Shown: positions 39,538 through 50,028 of the stretch, piece after piece
Numbering within the stretch: the first letter of the stretch is position 1
Layout of the letters: each line of letters starts with the position of its first letter
Origin: an uncultured Gammaproteobacteria bacterium
GTDB lineage: Bacteria > Patescibacteriota > Patescibacteriia > Magasanikbacterales > GWA2-37-8
NCBI GenBank assembly: GCA_964641245.1
Contig: CAZXML010000001.1
Coordinates: 127,959 to 191,958 of the forward strand
DNA length: 64,000 nt
Direction: 5' to 3'
The notes under the pieces: model-generated
The model's input: the letters and a program-made list of their open reading frames with translations, nothing else
The model's database searches: none
Told to the model about the DNA's origin: nothing
Made by a program: the position numbers and the translations under genes

Positions 39538-40548
39538 TTAAAATCTCCAAAGAATAACCAACAAAGCGATGAGGCCGGAGGTTTGGAAAATTACATGTGG
39601 ATGTTGCTTGCGAATTTCAATAAATATTTTTAACAGCAAGGCCAAAGCAAAGAAAATAATTGCGCCCAAGTAAATATTTTTTGATACTTCAAAAATATTG
39701 GTCACGGGAGATAAAACGCTTTTGGCCTGGATATATTTATCTATCGGAGTTGGCGCTTTTAGATTCATTACCGGACCAGCCACTGGCGTAATATTTTCTA
39801 TTTTAGCGGCCAATACCGATGAGGTGGTGCTGGTAGAGTTAACTACTTCTACCTCTTCGGCAATCACTTCTCTTATTTCCGGTTTTGTCTCCGTCTTTAT
39901 TTCAATAGGGTTGTTAACTATTTTTTCAACTTTTGGTTTTATAGCCACTTTTATCGGTTTTTTTATGGTTGCAACGATGGAAAGCGGTGAAGCAAAATGT
40001 TGCGCAATAAAAACAGTTGGTTGACCATTGAATACACCACCGGATAAACCAACGCCAAAATTTATAAAATCAGAGTCTATAAGGTTGGCATAATGGGTTG
40101 GGCTGTTTTTCCAAGCGTTTACTATATCTTGTGCGGTGCTATACCCTACCGCCAAATTTTCACCGGCTGTTTCGTATTCATAGCCGACTGATCTTAACCA
40201 AGTGGCCACGGTTTTATTATTTTCGGCATGGGCAAAATACTCTTTGCTAGACATGTCATCGGCTTTATATTGCGCCGAGGTGTTTAACTTGGCAACCACT
40301 GTTAAAGCGGGCAAGCCTTTGTCGGCGCGCGCTTCATTAGTTAAGACCACTATTTGTCTTTGTTCTTCAGCTAAAACATCAGGCAAAACAAACACTTCGG
40401 TGGGTAATAAAATAACAAAAACCACCACTACAACTTTGGTCAATAAAAAAACTAAACTATAAAATACCGCTCTTTTGGTGTGCAAAATATGCGGGTGATA
40501 GTTATTCTCCGCATGAGGGATAAAATATTTTTTTAGAGTCTTGCGCAT
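39538..40548 (-). CDS. CAP (SCP)-domain membrane protein
   Basis: LTNEAR...YFAH, GENLA, WKNSPTHYANL; TM segments at both ends. ATG 40548 lies 6 nt after a TATAAT. Confidence 0.88.
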   Translation of the reverse strand: MRKTLKKYFIPHAENNYHPHILHTKRAVFYSLVFLLTKVVVVVFVILLPTEVFVLPDVLAEEQRQIVVLTNEARADKGLPALTVVAKLNTSAQYKADDMSSKEYFAHAENNKTVATWLRSVGYEYETAGENLAVGYSTAQDIVNAWKNSPTHYANLIDSDFINFGVGLSGGVFNGQPTVFIAQHFASPLSIVATIKKPIKVAIKPKVEKIVNNPIEIKTETKPEIREVIAEEVEVVNSTSTTSSVLAAKIENITPVAGPVMNLKAPTPIDKYIQAKSVLSPVTNIFEVSKNIYLGAIIFFALALLLKIFIEIRKQHPHVIFQTSGLIALLVILWRF

Positions 40549-40573
40549 ACAGATATTATACACTTACCTTTTT

Positions 40574-40610
40574 AAAAAATCCACCCAAAATTAATCAAGG
40601 TGGATCTTTT
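40574..40610. terminator. probable terminator after the peptidoglycan-binding protein gene
   Basis: ATCCACC...GGTGGAT stem flanked by A and T tracts. Confidence 0.55.
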
Positions 40611-40631
40611 ATTTGCTAGTTATTTTACTAA

Positions 40632-41270
40632 TTATTTGGAAGCCAAGTATTTTGCAACGGCAGTGCGGGTTATTGACCCGTAGAAACCGGTTACAGCTTG
40701 TTTGGATGGGAAGAAACCTGCTTGTTTGAGTAATGTTTGTAATTCACTTACTTCGGCGCCTCTGCCACCAAACTTGGTGATAGCAATCAAATCGTCTGCG
40801 CGTGTAATTTTTACACCCAATACCTGGCCGGTTTTAGAAGCGAGATACTTTCCAACAGCGGCTTTGGTTATTGAACCATAGAAACCAGTGGAAGATATAT
40901 TTTTTGGAAAAAATCCAAGTCTTTTTAATTCATCTTGCAATAATTTTACATCATTGCTTCTAGTACCAAATTTGGTACTAGCAACCAATTCGTCCACAAG
41001 TTCAATTTTTACACCCAATACCTGACCGGCAGGAAGGGTAACAACTGGAGTGGTCGGAATTACGACAGGGACATTAGGAGTTACTAGAACACCCCCTTGA
41101 GAAGCAGTGTTTACTGGGACACCAGAACCACCACCGCCGCCACCGTAGCCGAAAGCACTTTTTATACCAAAAAACGCACCTTTACCAAGCTGACCTGTTC
41201 CGAAGAATGCCACCATCAAAACAATAGCAACAAATACTACTTTCTTGAGTTTTTTCGCTAATTTCTGCAT
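40632..41270 (-). CDS. secreted protein with two peptidoglycan-binding (PG_binding_1) domains
   Basis: Two FG...V..LQ..LK..GFF...TGFYGSIT..AV repeats; 21-bp DNA direct repeat at 40806-40826 and 41004-41024 (GQVLGVKI). Confidence 0.85.
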   Translation of the reverse strand: MQKLAKKLKKVVFVAIVLMVAFFGTGQLGKGAFFGIKSAFGYGGGGGGSGVPVNTASQGGVLVTPNVPVVIPTTPVVTLPAGQVLGVKIELVDELVASTKFGTRSNDVKLLQDELKRLGFFPKNISSTGFYGSITKAAVGKYLASKTGQVLGVKITRADDLIAITKFGGRGAEVSELQTLLKQAGFFPSKQAVTGFYGSITRTAVAKYLASK

Positions 41271-41301
41271 ATATTTTGTTAAATTAATGACTTACCAAGC
41301 A

Positions 41302-42972
41302 TTATAGCACAATCTCAAAAATTGTCAAGTGCCTAAAGGAAATCTCTCTTAATTTGTCTGAACCTAAAAATTGATACTTTAAGTAATCATTCTTTGCTAA
41401 ATTGTTATCCAGCATGATATATTTGACCCCTTTGGCCTTTAAGCCTTGTAAAATAGTCTCTGCGGAGCTGATTTGGTCCAACACAAGCGCTTCCACCTCT
41501 TTATTGTTCTTCTCTCCTGCCTGACTAAAGACACCGCCAATTTCCATGTTCTCTCCTTGGATCACCGGCTTGTCAAAAAATGCTTTGGCCGGATTAGCAG
41601 TAATCAAATAATTGTTAAAATCCAAAGAAAGATACTGATGCCAAGGCAAAAATACTACTTTAAATTCCGAATTATCTTTATTTAAAAATTCATTTGCCTG
41701 ATACCAAGATGTCGGATACCAAACCGGCTGTAGCTGGCGCGCAAAACCACCCACCATGGTATAAGTATAAAATACCGGCACTAAAAATAAAGCCCATAAT
41801 ACTGGCTGGTAATATTTTGGTAATTTCTTTGCCACATACTCAGAAATAGCCCAAACGCCAAACCCTCCAAAATAGGCGTAAGAGAAAGCCAGAATACCGC
41901 TAAATTTCTGCGTATCCCTAAATCCTCGCCAGAACCCTACATTATCAAACAACCATGCATTAAAGCCCTTAAAAGGGCTCTCACCGAGCCCACAGGCCAA
42001 TATGACAGCCGCCACACCAATAATAAGGAAAAACAACGCCTCATTTTTCCTATTTTTCAGAGCATGATAACCGCCGGTAATAACTACTATAGCAAGCAAC
42101 CCAAGAATAACTGACCAAAAAATTATATTATCTTTTGGCCAAAGAAAATAACCGGCCCACGGCTCTCGCTCACCCCAAAAACCATACAGAGTTAAAACAT
42201 TAAAAATTGTTTCTGTACTATTACTCCCCGCCGTTTTAAAAGCCAGCTGATTACCACTATCAAAAGTATTAAGCAAAGAGCTGTTTCTGTTTATAAAATA
42301 TGGCGCCAACCAATAGGAACTGAAGATGAGAAACAAGCTACCAAATACTAAAGCATACTTACCAATTCTCAACCACTCCCCATTTGCTGTTTTGGTTTTT
42401 AATTGCTTAACCGCCAACCCGATTAATTTAAATATAAAACAGCCACTAACAATCAATACTGCCATTACCAAGAAGTGCAAAGAAAACATGCCGATTAATA
42501 ATGTCCACAATAAAACCCCGCGCAGTTGTTTGAAAGAGTACTCTTTAAAAAACTCTATCAGATAATAAAAAAATGGCGGCAAAAAAGCATAAGCAAAAAG
42601 ATGCATCCAGTGGCCGGCCAATAGCCTTTCATAAACGAATGGGTTTAAAGAAAATAACAATGCTGCCCAATAATTGGCATAGTGTTTTTTGGGGATCGGC
42701 AAGAATTTAACCGCCAAATAGAACAAGCAAAAAAACAAAGCTACCAACACTATTTTTTGTACAACCCAACCGGATAGAAATTGATTCAAAAAACTAAACA
42801 AATAATCGACGGGTAAAGCGTTGTAAAAAGATCCCACGGAAAATAGCACCCTGTGCTTTGGTGTAAATATCATGTCCAGAGTCAAAATATAACCCGGCAA
42901 CAACATTTGCCACAAAACAATCAAACAATAAGCGCCGGAAAATAGTAAATTGTCTTTTGTGCTTTTTTGCAT
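41302..42972 (-). CDS. polytopic membrane protein, putative GT-C glycosyltransferase
   Basis: About 12 TM; LTLDM in the first loop, NPFVYERLLAGH, GFRDTQKF; soluble C-terminal domain. Confidence 0.65.
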   Translation of the reverse strand: MQKSTKDNLLFSGAYCLIVLWQMLLPGYILTLDMIFTPKHRVLFSVGSFYNALPVDYLFSFLNQFLSGWVVQKIVLVALFFCLFYLAVKFLPIPKKHYANYWAALLFSLNPFVYERLLAGHWMHLFAYAFLPPFFYYLIEFFKEYSFKQLRGVLLWTLLIGMFSLHFLVMAVLIVSGCFIFKLIGLAVKQLKTKTANGEWLRIGKYALVFGSLFLIFSSYWLAPYFINRNSSLLNTFDSGNQLAFKTAGSNSTETIFNVLTLYGFWGEREPWAGYFLWPKDNIIFWSVILGLLAIVVITGGYHALKNRKNEALFFLIIGVAAVILACGLGESPFKGFNAWLFDNVGFWRGFRDTQKFSGILAFSYAYFGGFGVWAISEYVAKKLPKYYQPVLWALFLVPVFYTYTMVGGFARQLQPVWYPTSWYQANEFLNKDNSEFKVVFLPWHQYLSLDFNNYLITANPAKAFFDKPVIQGENMEIGGVFSQAGEKNNKEVEALVLDQISSAETILQGLKAKGVKYIMLDNNLAKNDYLKYQFLGSDKLREISFRHLTIFEIVL

Positions 42973-42974
42973 AT

Positions 42975-43430
42975 TTATTTTTTATCCTCGCTTTCTTCTT
43001 CCGGAAATCTATCCGGATGTCTTTTGTATTCAACAATTTGTAAAACTACGGTCATTACTAAAAAGAAATAAGCGTAAACCGCCATTGTTTCAGCTAACGC
43101 TTCCTTTTTTAAAGACAATAAGAAAGGACATGTCGCCAAGGATATAAGAGCAAAAACACCAATAATCCTATTATCCCATTTATACACCAAGAACAAGAGA
43201 AATAACAACCATAATAAAGAACTGGATAAGCCCCAAACAAAATAAGCACCAATAGCAAGCGCCAAAGCGATTAAGCCCCGCCATTTTTTACTTCTTACAT
43301 CATCAAGCACTATTTTAATCGCTTGTTTAATATACGAGAAAGACCAAGAAAATAATTTATTAAATTTATGTTTAATAAAAATAACAATCTCTTTAAAGCT
43401 GGGGATTTTAATTTTTATTTCTTTGGCCAT
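42975..43430 (-). CDS. hypothetical membrane protein
   Basis: 151 aa with about 4 TM segments, tightly packed in the operon. Confidence 0.7.
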   Translation of the reverse strand: MAKEIKIKIPSFKEIVIFIKHKFNKLFSWSFSYIKQAIKIVLDDVRSKKWRGLIALALAIGAYFVWGLSSSLLWLLFLLFLVYKWDNRIIGVFALISLATCPFLLSLKKEALAETMAVYAYFFLVMTVVLQIVEYKRHPDRFPEEESEDKK

Positions 43431-43433
43431 ATT

Positions 43434-46400
43434 TTATATTATACTCTCCTTTTTCTTTTTCCTTTTTAATCTTAGACTGTTGATGCCCGCATACCCCAAA
43501 TATCCTAAACAGCCCACTAAGGTAGTACCGCTGATAAGTAGCCCTAAATAAAACCATCGCTGTGGGAAAAATTCTAGCACCATTTCAATATCGTATGTGC
43601 CGTCGGCATTTTTAGTACACATACTATTCTTTACGCAATACTCATCTACATCCACATACCAACCATTTAAAAAGTCATTTAACTTATAATGATACTCATC
43701 AGCAATTTTATCCGGTTTTACAAACGGCACCCACGATCCAAAGAATCCGTTAACTTTATCATTATTAAATTGCAATTGCCACTGCTCATGATAGCTCTCG
43801 CTCATCGCTAAATAGAACGGTGTTGTAGCACCTTTAATATGTACCAACTTTTTCGTTGGATTTATTAAATCAAAAGTAATTGATTTCGGTTCCTCAAGTT
43901 CAATACCCGGATCACTTACCAGATAATAAGCATCACTCAAATCAGGAACTTCAATTAACTTGAAATTGTCATATCTATTTATTATATTAGTCTTTTCATC
44001 TGTTGAATCAGCATAAACATACAAGGAAACAGAAGTCGCCCCCTCTGGAACTTTAATAAGTTTTGAAAAAGTATTCCAATTTTTGTCTTTAATAGCAAGA
44101 TCCTCTGAAATAATAGTTTTTTCTTTATCGTTAAAACTAAAATAGTATAAAGCATGATCCGCATTTGGGCTCTGATAGTCAAAACTAAATAAATACGAAC
44201 CGCCGGTAGTTACGTTCAAACCAATTGCGGTACAGGCGTTATGCCTTGTCGCTTCAAGTTGTAATGATTGCTCACCATCTGACTTTACTTCTTTATTCAC
44301 ATCCATACCCAAAATAGGATTTTTATCAAAATTATGACAATCACCCACTTTGTCCTGCCAAGGACCGCTCTCAAAAGATGGGTTAGGAATTATGTTTTGA
44401 TAATTATAGTTTTTATCTTGATATGTAAAGACAAAATTCACAGCGTTAGATTTTGGTAAAATATTTTTCGAATACTCGCTTGTAATGTTGGTGGGTACTT
44501 CTACGGCGCTAATATATTTTAATTTACTAAAATTAAAATTATCATACCGATTTATAACTTTTTCTACATTATCTGATGCTTTGGCATATATATAAAGAGT
44601 GGCTGAGGTGGCGTCCTGGGGAACGACAATCAATCTTCGGTATGTATTCCAATTTGCATCCACAATATTTATAACATCCTTTACTTCAGTTTTTTCTTTA
44701 TCATTAAAGACAAGATAAAAACTTGCCTGCTTAGCGTTTGGACTTTGAAAGTCAAAAGTTAATACGTACTTTCCAATATCTTGAATTGATATCTTTGTAT
44801 TAACACAAGCGGTGTGTTTCGTAGCATAAAGCTCTAATGACTGTGCCCCACTACTCATATTCTGTTGGGTCAAATTCATGCCTATGACAGGATTGCTATC
44901 ATAATTATTACAATCTCCGACTTTGTCTTGCCAAGAACCGCTCTCAAAAGAAGGATTATTGATCAGATTATTTGAACTTGCAAAAATACTGATTTGTGAA
45001 TCAGCCAAAGAATTGCCTAAATTTATAGTATTACCTTTGGTAAAGGCGGTAAAGTTACTTCCTTGTTCTAAATAATACTCTGTGTTTAAATTTTTAGAAA
45101 TATTTAAAATATTTTGTGAATCATTCTGACTTATAATTTGATTACCTATTTTTAACATCTCGCCATAATTTATGTTTATTTGTATTTTGCTATCGGTATC
45201 AACACCGTATACTCCAAAAACTTTCTTATTTGCATAGACAGTATTATCTTTATTGCTAACAAAAAAACTAGAAGTAGATACTAGTGTTTTACTATCCGAA
45301 AGAATACTACTAAACGATAAATCCTCAAACGGATTAGTTATTTTTATTAGAGGATTTGTATTTGTTTTTTTATCATTCACGCTAAAGTAAAAATCTGTAT
45401 TAAGTTTTTTGTTTATAAAATTAAATTTTGAATCAAGGTTATTTGCAGAATCAAAATCATATAATTTAGAAAATGGAAAAATTAGTTCTTTATAATTTTT
45501 ATTTTCATATATAACAAGATTTGTTGCACCTACATCCACCTTTTTTAACCAATTAACTTTATCAAGTTGATCAATATACCATTGCCGAATATTTGGGTTT
45601 TTATCTCCTCCGTAGTACTGAAAGAAATCGTCGTCGTTTGAAATATCTTGAATAGGAATAACAACATATTTTATTGAAGAGATACCAAATAATGTTTTAG
45701 AGAAAGACTGTTGAAAAACGTTGATTACTTGATTTTGCGCAGCCAAACCATTATTCGCTAAAAATAAATTGGCCCAAGTGGTATCTACTCCACTTACTTC
45801 GGGATGCAGGTTTGTGTTAATTCCCCATCGAGAATTTCTAGGCACCCAATATGTTCTAGAATAATCCGACTGTGACTCTACAAAATTTTTAAGCATTAGA
45901 TAGTCGGATGAGATACGGCGAGGCGTGAACATTGCGCCTATCTCCCCAGTAACAATAGGTTTGGTATTCCAAAGAAAGAGCGTAACAATAGCAACTATAG
46001 AGCAGTTTCTAACAAATACTCTGAATTTGTTCTTATTACTGTTTTTTAATATCCAAGCGACCAGAGAACCCAGCAATGCTGAATACCCAAGCGCGATCAA
46101 AAAATAAAACTTACTTGCTTCCCGAAACGCATTAAAGCCAGGGAAATGAGCAAAGAGCCAAGGATAGACTTGTGAAAAAGGTTGATCTACTTGTTTAGTT
46201 AAGAAAATACCAACCAAAGAAATAATCGTAAAAAACGTTATATATTTATTTTTTCGATTTAAAAGAAAACCAATAAAAGCAAAGATGGGTATAAGCCAAG
46301 AATAAAAAGAAATGGGCTGCACAATAAACCATTTAACCGCCGAGCCGGTCCAAAAAGGATGAAGGAGTGTAAAACTAGATTGTAAACTCCAGAAATTGTT

Positions 46401-47168
46401 CCCAAATAAGGATCTGTTTAGAACAGCATTATCTAGTAAAGAGCCACTCTCAATTTGTGGAAGAAACCAATAAAAATTTAAAAGAATAAAACAAAAAAAG
46501 GCAGCGAATATTTTTCCTAATAGAGAAAAAACTTTCATCTCACTGGATCGACCCATGAAGACTAAAAAGTATAAGAGATATAAAACCATAACGAACAGGA
46601 CTATATAAGACATTCGTATATCGTAAAAGGTTGAAACAAAGAGTAGTAAAGAAGATGCCAAAAGGTATCGAGAATTATTGTTTTTGGCATCTAGTCCAAC
46701 CATAAAAACAAAAAGTGCGCTCACGCAAAAAGCTGAAGCGGCAGTAATCATTTCATGGCCCTGTGTCGATATGGCCAAAAAATAGGTATTGAAAGACAAG
46801 ACCACCGAACCCATAAGTGCACCCCCGTTGCTTGATGTGATTTTCCTAACCAGGAAAAAGGAACTTAACGGCAATAAAAAGATAATCGGTATGAAAACTA
46901 CAAAGAAATCTGCAATATTCGAATTAAAATTTAGGTAACCAAAAAAACTGTATAGTAAGTACACTGGCGCTTTCCAAAAGGTCAAATCTATGGAGCCAAA
47001 ACCTGTACTAGCGAGCCGAACCGAGAGCACCGAAAGTTCCTTGAGTTTACTAGCATAAAGGAACCCCCAATCAGCATGTTGAAAAATAGAGAAGGTAAAC
47101 CAAATATGATATGTCACTAGACCAAAAACAGTCAAAAAAACAGTGTAAATTATAGACTTATTTTTCAT
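43434..47168 (-). CDS. large putative GT-C glycosyltransferase (AftD/DUF3367-like) with two tandem carbohydrate-binding modules and a C-terminal TM
   Basis: N-terminal multi-TM region with HADW and FPGFNAFREASKF; two repeats of NPSFESGxWQDKVGDC...FDxQSPNA...NRYDNF. Confidence 0.7.
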   Translation of the reverse strand: MKNKSIIYTVFLTVFGLVTYHIWFTFSIFQHADWGFLYASKLKELSVLSVRLASTGFGSIDLTFWKAPVYLLYSFFGYLNFNSNIADFFVVFIPIIFLLPLSSFFLVRKITSSNGGALMGSVVLSFNTYFLAISTQGHEMITAASAFCVSALFVFMVGLDAKNNNSRYLLASSLLLFVSTFYDIRMSYIVLFVMVLYLLYFLVFMGRSSEMKVFSLLGKIFAAFFCFILLNFYWFLPQIESGSLLDNAVLNRSLFGNNFWSLQSSFTLLHPFWTGSAVKWFIVQPISFYSWLIPIFAFIGFLLNRKNKYITFFTIISLVGIFLTKQVDQPFSQVYPWLFAHFPGFNAFREASKFYFLIALGYSALLGSLVAWILKNSNKNKFRVFVRNCSIVAIVTLFLWNTKPIVTGEIGAMFTPRRISSDYLMLKNFVESQSDYSRTYWVPRNSRWGINTNLHPEVSGVDTTWANLFLANNGLAAQNQVINVFQQSFSKTLFGISSIKYVVIPIQDISNDDDFFQYYGGDKNPNIRQWYIDQLDKVNWLKKVDVGATNLVIYENKNYKELIFPFSKLYDFDSANNLDSKFNFINKKLNTDFYFSVNDKKTNTNPLIKITNPFEDLSFSSILSDSKTLVSTSSFFVSNKDNTVYANKKVFGVYGVDTDSKIQININYGEMLKIGNQIISQNDSQNILNISKNLNTEYYLEQGSNFTAFTKGNTINLGNSLADSQISIFASSNNLINNPSFESGSWQDKVGDCNNYDSNPVIGMNLTQQNMSSGAQSLELYATKHTACVNTKISIQDIGKYVLTFDFQSPNAKQASFYLVFNDKEKTEVKDVINIVDANWNTYRRLIVVPQDATSATLYIYAKASDNVEKVINRYDNFNFSKLKYISAVEVPTNITSEYSKNILPKSNAVNFVFTYQDKNYNYQNIIPNPSFESGPWQDKVGDCHNFDKNPILGMDVNKEVKSDGEQSLQLEATRHNACTAIGLNVTTGGSYLFSFDYQSPNADHALYYFSFNDKEKTIISEDLAIKDKNWNTFSKLIKVPEGATSVSLYVYADSTDEKTNIINRYDNFKLIEVPDLSDAYYLVSDPGIELEEPKSITFDLINPTKKLVHIKGATTPFYLAMSESYHEQWQLQFNNDKVNGFFGSWVPFVKPDKIADEYHYKLNDFLNGWYVDVDEYCVKNSMCTKNADGTYDIEMVLEFFPQRWFYLGLLISGTTLVGCLGYLGYAGINSLRLKRKKKKESII

Positions 47169-48124
47169 ATTTTACTTCTAAGCCAGACCTTAAACCATGA
47201 TGGCGTTAGATGAAAATAAATATAATACACAATTTTGATTGGAACTTTCTTAAGAATGAACTTCGGCTGGTCTTCTTTAAAACAAGTTTGATTTAAGTAC
47301 AAAAAATACCGAGCTTTAAAGGGCCCCGTGCTTTCATATAGCCACGGTTTTGTAAACGGACTTGCGTAGTGTATTATTTTTGGATTTATCTTTGCGTAGG
47401 TCAATTCCTTCTTTGAGTAGGTGGTATGATTATCGCCAGAGTAGAAGCTAAGACTGGCTAAAAAGTTCCACTCAAGGGGCAGCTGTCTCCAGCTATTCCA
47501 AAGAACGGCATTAAGCGCGGACTGATCTAAGCTATGATTTAGACTATTAATACTTTCAAGTGAAGTCATTAGACGTTTGGGTATACAATTTTCTCTGAAT
47601 GCCTTCATGTCTATGAGCATTACCCCAGAATTGAAGTAACCGTTTGTGGCTGGGATTCCTAGTGAATCCTTATATTCAATTTCCATTAAAACATTAGGAT
47701 CTCTGACAGCATACAAAAGCGCTCCTGCGAAAGGAAGAAAGAAAATTTCCGCAATATCACCCTCGACAACTATGTCGGAATCAAGATAAAGAATCCGATC
47801 AGTATTTGGAAGTAAAAATGGCAGATTAAGTCGGGCATAGGCCGCCCGCGATATATTCTTGGTTTCTTTGAGATGCAGAAACTGATTCAAGTCAATTCGA
47901 ATAAAGCTAATCTTTGAGTGATCTTCGAACTGAGTGAGTGACTTAATGATTTTTGACTTACGGGACTCACTAATACCGCAATCGAGGATGTACACGTTGA
48001 ACATAAAATCCTTAGAGGAATTCTGCAACAATGAAAAGAGCGTCACGCACAAATGTTGTGCAAATTTATCATCTGCCGAGCATGCAATATTTATTACTCT
48101 CTGATTATTAGATATGGATTTCAT
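47165..48124 (-). CDS. glycosyltransferase family 8
   Basis: IACSADDKF, YARL, LYLDSD, YFNSGVML, DQSALN, IIHY...KPW. Confidence 0.92.
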   Translation of the reverse strand: MKSISNNQRVINIACSADDKFAQHLCVTLFSLLQNSSKDFMFNVYILDCGISESRKSKIIKSLTQFEDHSKISFIRIDLNQFLHLKETKNISRAAYARLNLPFLLPNTDRILYLDSDIVVEGDIAEIFFLPFAGALLYAVRDPNVLMEIEYKDSLGIPATNGYFNSGVMLIDMKAFRENCIPKRLMTSLESINSLNHSLDQSALNAVLWNSWRQLPLEWNFLASLSFYSGDNHTTYSKKELTYAKINPKIIHYASPFTKPWLYESTGPFKARYFLYLNQTCFKEDQPKFILKKVPIKIVYYIYFHLTPSWFKVWLRSKI

Positions 48125-48930
48125 AGGTAATACGCAACTCCACCCGCAACAAACTCGCTGGTTTTCATAAATAACATCCCTATCCCAATCACAGGGTTCT
48201 TAAATAATTTATTTGGCTGAGAAAAAAATAATTTATACCTTTGAATTACTCCTGTTTGATTCTTTACCTTGTTCTCATTTTTATTTTTATCAATGTAAGA
48301 TTTAAAGTACTTGGCATAATAATATTTCTTCTTAACAATTTTTAAAAGACTTATTTCCCCCTCATTGTGATAAATAAAATCATCAATTCTACTAATTTTT
48401 CCAACACTTTCAACTCTCTGTGACAAATCCCAATCTTCTCCGCTAACCATGCTTTCGTTATAACCACCGGTATCTTTATATATATTTTTATCAAAAAACC
48501 TAGCTGCTTCCATCCACTCCACACCTACATAAAAACTCCTCTCTAATTTTTTACATTGCGCCCAAAATCCTTTTCCAAAAGATTCTTCGGGGATAATAAT
48601 ACCTTTTATTTGTTGATCTACTTTTATTTTATTTACACAACTTTCAATAACTTTTTTTGAAAGTTCCATATCACTATCGATAATAACCACATACACTCCT
48701 TGAGAGCTATTTACTCCAAAATTTCGTTGGGCACTTCTCTCTGGACCTTGGTTAAAAACTTTATCCGTATATTTTTGCGCAATTTCCTTAGTATTATCAG
48801 TACTACTATTATCAACCACGATGATTTCTACATTCTTATAGCTCTGCTCTTTTATAGATTTCAAACAAGCCTCGAGTGTTTTTGAGGAATTTTTTGTTGG
48901 TATAATTACTGACACTAAAGGATTATTCAT
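48121..48930 (-). CDS. glycosyltransferase family 2
   Basis: VSVIIPTKN, VVDNSSTD, IDSD, GEDWD. Confidence 0.92.
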   Translation of the reverse strand: MNNPLVSVIIPTKNSSKTLEACLKSIKEQSYKNVEIIVVDNSSTDNTKEIAQKYTDKVFNQGPERSAQRNFGVNSSQGVYVVIIDSDMELSKKVIESCVNKIKVDQQIKGIIIPEESFGKGFWAQCKKLERSFYVGVEWMEAARFFDKNIYKDTGGYNESMVSGEDWDLSQRVESVGKISRIDDFIYHNEGEISLLKIVKKKYYYAKYFKSYIDKNKNENKVKNQTGVIQRYKLFFSQPNKLFKNPVIGIGMLFMKTSEFVAGGVAYYL

Positions 48931-50023
48931 TTATTTTTAGCATAAACTGCTTATAACTATTTTCAAAATTTATTTCTTTACTCCATTCCCACCCATTTTT
49001 CTGTAATGTTTCATACAACTCTGAATCATTCAAAATTTGAATTACTTTTTTGGCCAAAATATTCGGCGTGTTAATCTCGCATACTAGTCCTGTTTGATTA
49101 TTTTTAACCGCATCTCGTAAACCATCTACATCATACACCACCGACGGTGTTCCTTGGCTATTTGCTTCGGTAACTATCAATCCCCACCCCTCTTTAACAG
49201 ATGTAACGGCAATCAAATGGGCTTTCTGCATTAATTCTACCTTTTTTTCTTTAGTCACTTTTCCAAGATATTCTATTGAATCTTTATATTTACTATTTTT
49301 TATTATATTCAAAACTTTTTTACCATATTCTCCCTCAACCGCGCCAGCAATAACAAGACGCAGATTAGGTAATTTTTCTTTAGCAATTTCAAAAGATTTA
49401 ATTGTGTGGTGTGTCCTTTTCATTGCCCGGACCGTTCCCAAAGACAAAATGGTCGGCTGATCAAATTTTTTAATACTTAACAAGTCGGAAACCGGCTCAA
49501 TTTCTATTCCTTCGCTGATTATTTGAATGTTCGCGGCTTTAAAACCAAACCGCATTAAATCCTTTTTTGTACTTTCAGAAACAGTTATTACTTTTCTATC
49601 TCGCAAAAGCCATAAATATATCGGCTCAAGTATATATCCGATTATATTCAGCGGAAAAAACATTTCGTAAAACCAAATTTCTCGACATAGCTGATGGACA
49701 AAAAGGATGTTTCTTTCTTTTACGTAAAACTTGGCAAAAAATGGAACCGTATTTATTTCGTCAATTACTAAATCTGCCCAATTTCTTAAATTATTTTGAT
49801 AATATTTAAAAACGTGCCAATAAACACTAAAACGCCCACCCAATCGAACAACTTTATAACCATTTATAAACTCTTCTTTTAAAGCGCCTTTAAAATCACC
49901 GACCAAAAATATTACTTCGTGTCCGTCTTTAACTAATCTTTTGGCCAGCTCTTCATTCACAACTTCTGCGCCTCCTGCCAAGGGATTTTTTCTATCTTTC
50001 CATGTCAACCACAAAATTCTCAT
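48923..50023 (-). CDS. glycosyltransferase family 4
   Basis: AGGAE, TVSEST, EGWGLIVTEA, GLRDAV. Confidence 0.92.
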   Translation of the reverse strand: MRILWLTWKDRKNPLAGGAEVVNEELAKRLVKDGHEVIFLVGDFKGALKEEFINGYKVVRLGGRFSVYWHVFKYYQNNLRNWADLVIDEINTVPFFAKFYVKERNILFVHQLCREIWFYEMFFPLNIIGYILEPIYLWLLRDRKVITVSESTKKDLMRFGFKAANIQIISEGIEIEPVSDLLSIKKFDQPTILSLGTVRAMKRTHHTIKSFEIAKEKLPNLRLVIAGAVEGEYGKKVLNIIKNSKYKDSIEYLGKVTKEKKVELMQKAHLIAVTSVKEGWGLIVTEANSQGTPSVVYDVDGLRDAVKNNQTGLVCEINTPNILAKKVIQILNDSELYETLQKNGWEWSKEINFENSYKQFMLKINE

Positions 50024-50028
50024 ACAGA

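Noticed and set aside
47165-48124. GT8 gene as a recent horizontal insert
   Set aside because: Its composition looks slightly different by eye, but I cannot quantify this and see no boundaries; it overlaps both neighbours like a normal operon member.
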